From Octopus vulgaris (lineage: Eukaryota), in contig OX597818.1 of NCBI GenBank assembly GCA_951406725.2, forward strand, positions 142,042,001 through 142,106,000: a DNA stretch of 64,000 nucleotides. Direction: 5' to 3'. Each line of letters starts with the position of its first letter. Positions within the stretch are counted from its first letter, which is position 1. Of the stretch, positions 1 through 64,000 are shown one piece after another. The notes beneath the pieces were generated by a model. The model was not told the DNA's origin. It ran no database searches and saw only the letters and a list, made by a program, of their open reading frames with translations. A program made the translations under genes and the position numbers.

Positions 1-54
1 GAAACCATTATTATCTTCATTATTATTATCATCATTATTATTATTATTATTTTT

Positions 55-740
55 ATGGTGGTGATCTGGCAGAATTATTAGTGTGCTGGGCAAAATGCTT
101 AGTATTTTGCCTGTTGCTACGTTTTGAGTTGAAATTCTGCCGAGGTCGACATTGCTTTTCATCCTTTCGGGGTCAATAAAATAAGTACCAGTTGAATACT
201 GGCGTTGATGTAATTGGCTGGTCCCCTTCCCCGAATTGCTGCCCTTGTGGCAAAATTTGAAGCCATTATTATTATTATCAATATTATAAAGAAGTTGGTG
301 AGCTGGCAGAATCGTTGGCATGCTGGACGAAATGCTTAGCAGTATTTTCGCCGACCGCTATGTTTTGAGTTCAAATTTCACCGAGGTTGACTTTAGCTTT
401 TATCCTTTTGGGGGTCAATAAATTAAGTACCAGTTGTGAACTGTGGTCGATGTGGTCAACTCACCCCTTGCCCCAAATTTCAGGCCTTGTGCCTTTAGTA
501 GAAAGGATTATTATTATTATTAAGGCAACAAGTTGGCAGAATCATTAGCACACTGGTGAAGGTGCTTAGTGGTATTTTATCCATCTTTGTTCTGAGTTCA
601 AATTCCACTGAAATCAACTTTGCCTTTCATCCTTTTAGGATCAATAAATTAAGTACCAGTTGTGTACTGGGGTTGATGTAATCCCTTCTCCTGAAATTTC
701 AGGCCTTGTGCCATGTGTAGAAAGGATTATTATTATTATG
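55..740 (+). mobile_element. Three tandem copies of a tRNA-derived SINE (family B, about 220 bp, (ATT)n tail)
   Basis: Repeated unit gagctggcagaat...gagttcaaattc...gcctttcatcctttcggggtcaataaa...agtaccagtt, each ending in (tta)n. Further copies near 8073-8290 (-), 35005-35230 (+), 36200-36390 (-) and 49805-50012 (-). Confidence 0.8.
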
Positions 741-1609
741 GAGTCAGCACAGTGAAGAAATAGAGCATAGGGGTCACTGTTGGTCAACATTGACTGACCC
801 TCAGTGTAGAGGGCTGGACTAAGTACCACAAGGTAGTCTATCCAATATTCAAAGAACTCTGTCAGTTCCCTACCTTAATCCTTCTGTCTTCATAAATGAA
901 AAATTTAGATAATGTAGTCCTACATATTCCTCAAAAGATGAGATGGTCTTACACTTTATTATAGATATACTAGATCAGAACTTACTTGAAGCTAACAAAC
1001 ATACAGCAAGACAGACCACTAACAGCAATTTTACACTGGTTCCCAATTAGTTCAGTGTAGAGGAGAAATCTCTGACGAGAAACGTTGGAAACTCTTGTGA
1101 GTGAAATTATTCTAAACTTTAGGACATGTGGAAGCATGTGGCTTACAGGTTAGGGTGTTTCACTCCTGATCATATGATTGTGGTTTCAATTCCTTGATTT
1201 GGGTGATCAATTGTTTTTTTTGAGTAAAACACTTTATTTCGTGTTGCTCCAGTCCACTCAGCTGGCAAAAGTGAGCAATCCTACAAACCAATTTTATGAG
1301 CCTATGGCTTGAGAAGGACCTTTATTTTTTGTGTCATTTTTTTTTTAAGGCTCTGCAGTTAAGACACGAGTGTAGGCATACCAGTGTGGTTAAGAAATTC
1401 ACTTTGCAACTATGTAATTTAAGTTTCAACCCCACTGGTTTCATCACTGAATTATTCTGTAGTTAAGGCATCTAAATCAAATGCATACTGCAAAGTGAGG
1501 GGAAAAAAAAGAAACTATTGTGATTTTGGTTGCAAGAGGTACTTAACAGCTGTTATTATAGGGCCTTTGTCAGTAAAGATTGCATTTGCACATATATGTG
1601 TAGGATTCT

Positions 1610-2061
1610 TTTACTCTTTTACTTGTTTCAGTCATTTGACTATGGCCATGCTGGGGCACCGCCTTTAGTTGAGCAAATTGATCCCAGAACTTATTCTTTG
1701 TAAGCCTAGTACTTATTCTATCAGTCTCTTTTGCTGAATCGCTAAGTTACGGGGATGTAAACACACTGGCATCAGTTGTCAAGCAATGTTGGGGGGACAA
1801 ATACAGACACACAAACATAAACACACACACACATACATGTATATATATATATATGTGTGTGTGTATATATATATATATATATCCACACACATACATATAT
1901 ATACGACAGGCTTCTTTCAGTTTCCATCTACCAAATCCACTCACAAGGCTTTGGTCGGCCCGAGGCTATTGTAGAAGACACTTGCCCAAGGTGTTACGCA
2001 GTGGGACTGAACCTGGAACCATGTGATTCGTAAGCAAGCTACTTACCACACAGCCACTCCT
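1610..2061 (-). mobile_element. tRNA-derived SINE family A (about 420 bp, internal microsatellite)
   Basis: Reverse complement of ggagtggctgtgtggtaag...ggttcagtccc...ttgggcaagtgtc...gactgaaacaagtaaaagag, present in more than 10 copies in the window. Confidence 0.88.
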
Positions 2062-2666
2062 AAACCTTTTTTTTTGAAGAAAAAGACCAGCAGCTGGCCA
2101 TACATATAATTCTCCCCCTTCCCACATCAGTGTTTATCCAAGGGAAAGGCCACTGCCCCAAATTAGTAGCGTTTTTCTTGCTATAGCACAATACTATCAC
2201 AGGTGTTGCTGTCAAAATGCAAAGATCTACGATAAATATTGCAAGGCATCTTTCCTAACTTTTTAACAGCTCTACCAATCCACTCTCCAGATTGTTATTG
2301 TTTTATTCATGTAACAAATATAAAGGACAGTATTGATCTTGATGGGATTTGAACTCAAGAGTGAAGAGAATGGGAACAAATTCCACAATGCATTCTATCT
2401 GTGATTCGAACATACCTGGGAACAATATTGGTACCACATGAAATGCTATGAATTGTAGGCTTCTCCACTACATAGCAATTATCATTGTTTTTACATCTGC
2501 CTTTTAATACTAGTGGGAGTTTGGCAAGAGAACTTTTTAAGGCAGTGTTTTAACAGTAATAAGCCCTTTCTTATGCCAATTCTTTTACAACATAGGAATG
2601 TTGTATACCTATTCTAAAAGTGGGGATATACACAATATACCAATGTAGAAGTAAAATGTATGTTAA

Positions 2667-2887
2667 CCCTTTCGTATTCAGATTATTTTGTCAAATGTAA
2701 TGTTTTTTTCATTGACATTGTTTATAATTAATCATGCTTTATTTTGTAGCTATAAAGTTTTCATGATGAGGTTGTATATTTCCAGAATGGCATTGAAGGG
2801 TAGGTGTGATAGGTTGGATCTGACTAGTTAGTACATAAAGCAGGTAGAATATTTGGGCCGGATATGGCCTGTTTAAATACTAAAGGG
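2667..2887. mobile_element. piggyBac-type MITE (TTAA target, CCCTTT...AAAGGG termini)
   Basis: ttaa|ccctttcg...taaaggg|ttaa. Inverted relative at 8430-8651 and a decayed copy near 52360-52550. Confidence 0.8.
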
Positions 2888-3317
2888 TTAAACCAGTGAT
2901 AATGATATTAAGTTAGATTTCATCAACAGTAAAATATTTATATTTACTTTTGTGTTTAAGTGGGAATTGATTAATATTTATATTGTAAACCTGTTTTAGC
3001 AAATTATCTGCACCTACTGAGGTTTAGAAACAGGTTTTTATCATCACGGTGTTACCAAATGCCTGTTTTGCTGTGTTCATGGTGGCTCAATGATACTTTA
3101 TTATAAAATCGTCTCCTTTGTCTTTAGTTGAGTTTTTTAAAACATTGTTCAACAATGTTTACCTCAGTCTCAATACAGGGATAACCTTGATTAATCCTTT
3201 CAGTGTAATATGTTATCTTTGTTCGCATGATCCTCTGTGCAGAAGTTTTAATGTTGGTTAACAAATCCATGACTTGTCATCTTTTAACACTTGTGTGACA
3301 CAAAAGGAATTGTTTAA

Positions 3318-3545
3318 TGGCACGCCAGCCTCGTCTGGCACCTGTGTCGGTGGCACATAAAAAGCACCCACTACACTCATGGAGTGGTTGGCGTTAGGAA
3401 GGACATCCAGCTGTAGAAACACTGCCAGATCTGACTGGCCTGGTGCAGCCTTCAGGCTTCCCAGACTCCAGTTGAACCGTCCAACCCATGCTAGCATGGA
3501 AAGCGGACGTTAAACGATGACGATGATGATGATGATGATGATGAT
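3318..3545 (+). mobile_element. RTE-type LINE 3' UTR fragment with (GAT)n tail
   Basis: Same 3' end as the 29308-30015 element. Others near 9340-9535, 17815-17983, 19170-19472, 21438-21730 and 28075-28280. Confidence 0.75.
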
Positions 3546-4445
3546 ACCTTGTCACATACGGAAACAAAAACAGGCAGCTAAATTTGAACATAAAATAAAT
3601 AGTGAACTCAGTGCTAACATAATCAGTGTAGTGAGCATGATAAAACTCTTTCGGTGCTCTGCCCATTCCAGGGTGACCAGGAATGGTTATCTCCTTCTGC
3701 ACAGATGACTTAGCAACTTTTGTTTCTGTATGTGACAAAATTTCATGCAACAATATTCAACAATTCCTTTTGTGTTGAGACCCTTACTTTCGGTTTTCTA
3801 CCATCCTTCTTGCATTATACTTGTTTCTGGAGAGATTCCAGCTTTTCTTTGGTTAAGCCAAAAATTATGAACATAGAAGAATTTAAATAGTAATCTCTAT
3901 TATTGTAAGCAGTTGTATGTATGTAGTATGTCTTTATCTTTGTATGCAATATAAATTAACCAAATATAAGCAAATTAACTAAATGGAAGTACATGTATAA
4001 ACTGCTAATTTCAAGGTAAATTTGCAACTGCTATAATAATTATTAACTGGTAATTGAATGGTAAATTGAATGACAAATGTCAAGAGTTTCACTTCCAGCT
4101 GTTCATTATGTCAGTCAACATACTGACACACCATTTTACTGTCATGACTGTAAAGACTGAAAGTTACCAATGTGTAATGTTATTCACATTAGGATATAAT
4201 TAGAAGTAAAACTGAAAGAATAAAAGTGAAACAATATTATATCACATTACAATATAGATGTTACTCTTTCACTTTTGACATGTAATACCAAACCAGTGCC
4301 AGTGTTGTATTGTTTTTATTCAAATGAAAAAAAAATTACATGTTGACATGAGGTCTGATATGATTACCAAGTAAAATTTGATTTGATTTGGTTTGAAAAT
4401 GCATTGGAAACAAAGAATTTATATATATATATATATAAATATATA

Positions 4446-4618
4446 TAGGTGCAGGAGTAGCTGTGTGGTAAGTAGCTTACTAACCAACCACATGGTTCAG
4501 GGTTCAGTCCCACTGCATGGCATCTTGGGCAAGTGTCTTCTGCTATAGCCTCGGGCCGACCAATGCCTTGTGAGTGGATTTGGTAGACGGAAACTGAAAG
4601 AAGCCTGTCGTATATATG

Positions 4619-4666
<48 letters not shown>

Positions 4667-4861
4667 TCCCCCTAGCATTGCTTGACAACCGATGCTGGTG
4701 TGTTTACGTCCCCGTCACTTAGCGGTTCGGCAAAAGAGACCGATAGAATAAGTACTGGGCTCACAAAGAATAAGTCCCGGGGTCGATTTGCTCGACTAAA
4801 GGCGGTGCTCCAGCATGGCCGCAGTCAAATGACTGAAACAAGTAAAAGAGTAAAGAAAAGA

Positions 4862-4862
<1 letters not shown>
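4446..4862 (+). mobile_element. SINE family A, full length
   Basis: A/B-box-like head (tagctgtgtggtaag; ggttcagtccc), conserved body and (gtaaaaga)n tail. Confidence 0.9.
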
Positions 4863-4948
<86 letters not shown>

Positions 4949-5352
4949 TGGCTGTGGTAGCAGTAGTGGTTGTTGTTGGCAGTGGCAGCATCTATCACTT
5001 TTATAAGAAATATGTTGGTGAACCTCAACTGCTCAGCTTCAGTAATGGTTGAGTGCTGGACTAATTGCCCCACAATATTTAGCTTCATACTGATCCTACC
5101 AAAATCTTTGCAGTTAACTTTTTCTCCATCGTTTCATCTATTACCCCTTTCTGTGCATCCAGTTATCTCCCCCACCTTTTCTCTGCCATATCTTATCTTT
5201 AACGCCCTCTCTTGTATCTTGTTGATGACCACCACTTTTATATTTGTCCTCTATTCACTATAGCCACTCCCATATCCATCACTCTATTTCCTTCTCTCCC
5301 CGCTTCCCATCCACACATCATCTCCTTATCTTCTGATCTGTCTACTGCAAGA

Positions 5353-5715
5353 GGTGGAGGCGCAATGGCCCACTGGTTAGGGCAGCGGACTCGCAGTCAT
5401 AGGATCGCGGTTTCGATTTCCAGACCGGGCGTTGTGAGTGTTTATTGAGCGAAAACACCTAAAGCTCCACGAGGCTCCGACAGGGGATGGTGGTGATCCC
5501 TGCTGTACTCTTTCACCACAACTTTCTCTCACTCTTACTTCCTGTTTCTGTTGTACCTGTATTTCAAAGGGCCGGCCTTGTCACTATGTGTCATGCTGAA
5601 TATCCCCGAGAACTACATTAAGGGTACACGTGTCTGTAGAGTGCTCAGCCACTTACACGTTAATTTCACGAGCAGGCTGTTCCGTTGATTCGGATCAACT
5701 GGAACCCTCGTCGTG
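5353..5715 (+). mobile_element. tRNA-derived SINE family C
   Basis: tRNA-like head ggcgcaatggcccactggttagggcagcggactcgcagtc...ggtttcgatttcc. Related heads or bodies at 20840-21130 (-) and 33385-33705 (-). Confidence 0.78.
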
Positions 5716-6413
5716 CTTCCATTCCTTCCACTGCAAGAGTTTTCAACCAGAGTCCGTATGGCCCCTGAGAGTCCGTATAAGATTTTCGGGGGTGGGGGGG
5801 TCACACCACAAAATCATAAATTGGTTATCCACAACATTATTGTAAGAGCCCCTGAAAAAATTTTGCTTTAGATGTATGTATTTGTATGTTTTGCTAGGAA
5901 TAACTAGGCTTCTTTCTCTAACATTTTACATAGTTCCACTTATTTTGAAAGAAGTTTCTATAAAGCTAGTTTTTAAACAGTAGATGTCTATTGGGGTCTA
6001 CCAGAATGAAAAAGTAATCAGAGGGGTCCATAGATAAAAATATGGTTTGAGAACCTCTGGTTTACAGGTTTATTATACTGCTGCTCTCCACTTTGTTTCT
6101 TACACCTTCTTTGCCAGAATATCTACTATTCATTTCACTTCCACCCTTATTCCACATACTATATTCACTTAAACTCCCATTTGTCATTCTCCTCTCACAA
6201 TCTAATGGATTTATCCATCTACCCTTCTCACCTATTGGGCCATATTCTCTCTTACCTTCTTGTATAATTTCTGAACCAATCTCCAATGGTCAAGTTCTCT
6301 ATTTAATGAGTTATTTTACTAATATCAGTTTTTTTTTTTTTTTATATATATATTTTGTAAACTTTAGTATTCTATCTTTTTTATTTTCAGAAGTAATTAT
6401 TAGTAATTTCAAA

Positions 6414-61595
<55,182 letters not shown>

Positions 61596-61715
61596 GTAAG
61601 TATATTTTCATGTCATAATTTGTCATCATAATATTAGGTTGGTAAATAAGTCTGTGGTGTTTTTCAATTGGTCATGTTTAATCACATGATCCGTTTTATC
61701 ATGTGACAGGAACAT

Positions 61716-62110
61716 ACATCATCATCATCATCATCATCATACGTCCGTTTTCCATGCTAGCATGGGTTGGACGGTTCGACCGGGGATCTGGGAAGCCAGA
61801 AGGCTGCACCAGGCTCCAGTCTGATCTGGCAGTGTTTCTACAGCTGGATGCCCTTCCTAACGCCAACCACTCCGCGAGTGTAGTGGGTGCTTTTTACGTG
61901 CCACCTGCACAGGTGCCAGGGGGGTCTGGCATCGGCCACGATCGGTTGGTGCTTTTAACGTGCCACCGGCACGGAAGCCAGACAAGGTGGCGATGGCATC
62001 GGCCATGTTCGGATAGTGCTTTTTATGTGCCACCGGCACAGAAGCCAGTTGAGGCGGCGCTGGCAACGGCCACGTTCGGATGGTGCTTTTTATGTGCCAC
62101 CGACACAGGT
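61716..62110 (-). mobile_element. RTE 3' UTR fragment with internal repeats of about 60 bp
   Basis: (cat)n tail, repeated gtgctttttacgtgccacc units. Confidence 0.8.
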
Positions 62111-62127
62111 ATATATATATATATATA

Positions 62128-63087
62128 TGTAGGAATACAACCGTAAGTGAGGAGGTTGGTAACAGGTCTCCTTTGTAAGCCACACGGTCGCATCCCTAAC
62201 AAAATAAGCCATCATACAACTTATACAACAGTGCCAACAGAATATAAATGAATGACGACAAGCCGTTCCACTGTTGGAGGGAAAATAGGATTTTATTTAC
62301 AAGGTGTTAAGGTTAGAGGGTTGTGAGTGCTAGCCAGAGTTGTGTATGTGTGCATGCACAAGTGTTTGTGTATGTGTGTTCGTGTGTGTTATAAGGGTGA
62401 ACATAGAGGACAAAATAGAAATGTCCAGACACAAGATAGAGATAAATACCAGTTCGTAAGGTACACAATAGCAGTTCGTTCTGTGTCCATGAAGTTGGGG
62501 CAAAGAGGAGAGCAGTTACTACGCGTGTAGAAGTTGGGGCTTCGATCCATTTGCCAGGTTACATCGGTACAGAAGATCTCGCCGGTAGAGTTGTGCTGTT
62601 AACCTTGGTGTGTCTACACGAACAGCATGTAAGCTAAACTTGAGCAAGTTGCTGTGTACATATCGTTGAGGTCGACGGTGGTGATGGCGACAGTGGTGGA
62701 GACGTCCTGCATTGCTGGTGTATGTTGGCATCATCGCTGGCTGTAGCTGGAACATGGCTGGTGTGGTCGTCGCTGGAACTGGCTGCTCTGTGGTGGTGTG
62801 GTCAGTGGCCAAAAACCAAAGACCTGGAATGGTAAATTCTGAGGCATTTTAAAGCATTCTAGAGACTCGAGATGAACATCCAAAAGACTGTGTCATGTGA
62901 CCTTATCCTAAGGCCATGATTAGTTGGCTTTGGACAGTGGCGCGAAATAAAGTAGAGACAAACCACGCCACATGTCAACCAATCAGATCAGCTGACACCA
63001 CAGGAACAACCCAGCCAAAGATGGCTGTAATCTTAAACAAGATTATTCCTGTTGTGTCTCTCAAACAGTGAGGATATCAAAGACCGC

Positions 63088-63091
<4 letters not shown>
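62128..63091 (-). mobile_element. Probable solo LTR (964 bp)
   Basis: TGTAG...CTACA inverted termini, inserted in (TA)n, GC-richer than the flanks, AATAAA on the minus strand near 62292. Confidence 0.68.
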
Positions 63092-63144
<53 letters not shown>

Positions 63145-63224
63145 TGAAAGAAGAGATTTCAACGTATTTTTCTATTTGAATTTTACGTGGATTATTTACT
63201 TCTACTGTTCTTGTGATAAAATTG

Positions 63225-63585
63225 AAAATAAAGGAAAATAAAATAAATCTTTTATTTCTGGAAAGACAAAAATGCTGCACAAACAGCAAAGTAGATATGT
63301 GCTGTTTATGGAGATGGTGTCCCTAGCTGAAAGTACTGTTCGTAAGGGATTTGCTAGGTTTAGAACTGAAAATTTTGACCTGGAACATCGTGAACATTCT
63401 GCAGGCCTACAGTCATTGATAATAAACAAATTGTAACTTTAATAAAAAATAATCCATGTCACACAATATAAGACATCTCAGGGATTCTTCTCTTATCTCA
63501 TGGGAGTTTTATAAAGCTTTTAAAAAAAACAACTTGGTTACATGAATCGCTATGATGTTTGGATGTCTCATAACTTAACACTAAG
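63225..63585 (+). mobile_element. Decayed mariner transposase N-terminus (different family)
   Basis: NAAQTAK*ICAVYGDG...ESTVRKGFARFRTENFDLEHREHS...YDVWMSHNL, with frameshifts. Confidence 0.75.
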
Positions 63586-64000
63586 AAAAATAATTGTTTT
63601 TTTTTTTTTTGTGTGGAATCTACTACTCTGGCCTCCTAATATGCTACAAAACCTTTTTTGTGGTCCGTGAAACAGAGTGGGTGTGGTGGAAGCACTGACA
63701 AATTGCTACTCACCTCTTTGTTTCTTTGTTGTTAAATAAATGGATTGTCAACAAACACTTTTTTACTCGACGTAAAATAAAAACAAAACTCTTTCGCACC
63801 CAAAGTAATGTGTGTGAGAGAGAGTGGGGGAGAAAGATGAACGATTTAAAATAAAAACACTTAGTAGAGCACATTTTCATCTGTGATTCTCTGCTCAGAC
63901 AAAACAAAAAATATCCAGTTTTGTAAAAATATTTGTGCATTCTACAAGTATAACTAATTTATTACAGACAAGTTTTAACAAGATCTTACATAGATCCCGG

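Noticed and set aside
1072-1095. CTGACGA...GAAAC hammerhead-like words
   Set aside because: No stem I or stem II complementarity.
4364-4991. Recurrent ORFs such as IHSQGFGRPEAIVEDTCPRCHAVG and MTTDAGVFTSPSLSGSAKE that look like a multigene family
   Set aside because: They are chance frames through the multicopy non-coding SINE A.
5353-5430. tRNA-like sequences here and at 20133-20205
   Set aside because: No complete acceptor stem or terminator; they run into SINE bodies, so they are SINE heads rather than tRNA genes.

Overview
AT-rich, microsatellite- and transposon-dense eukaryotic DNA. The SINE and LINE families and the (TA)n/(CA)n/(TATG)n load point to an octopus or other coleoid cephalopod (inference). 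The window holds one host gene on the + strand: the first 19 coding exons (6414-61595, all GT-AG with consistent phases, 2953 nt, about 984 aa) of an invertebrate-type contactin. Its architecture is signal peptide, C-type lectin-like domain, 6 Ig domains and the first 2 FN3 domains; the 3' end lies beyond the window. Introns contain tRNA-derived SINEs, RTE and CR1 LINE 3' fragments, mariner/Tc1 and piggyBac remnants, Helitron-like elements and a probable solo LTR. Most ORF-track entries are microsatellite or SINE artefacts. The most notable non-obvious signal is a set of at least 9 type I hammerhead-ribozyme motifs from about 5 sequence families, probably remnants of Penelope-like elements. 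They include intact GUC-cleaving cores, two with very long stem II, and a U3-A8 compensated variant, and several lie in long fold-back palindromes. Every copy with an intact CUGANGA box is antisense to contactin, while sense copies are mutated at G8 or locked in duplex. Also notable: Ig1 lacks its first canonical cysteine (TTT, Phe), and a SINE insertion duplicated the exon 2 splice donor. Everything was read by eye and no databases were searched.
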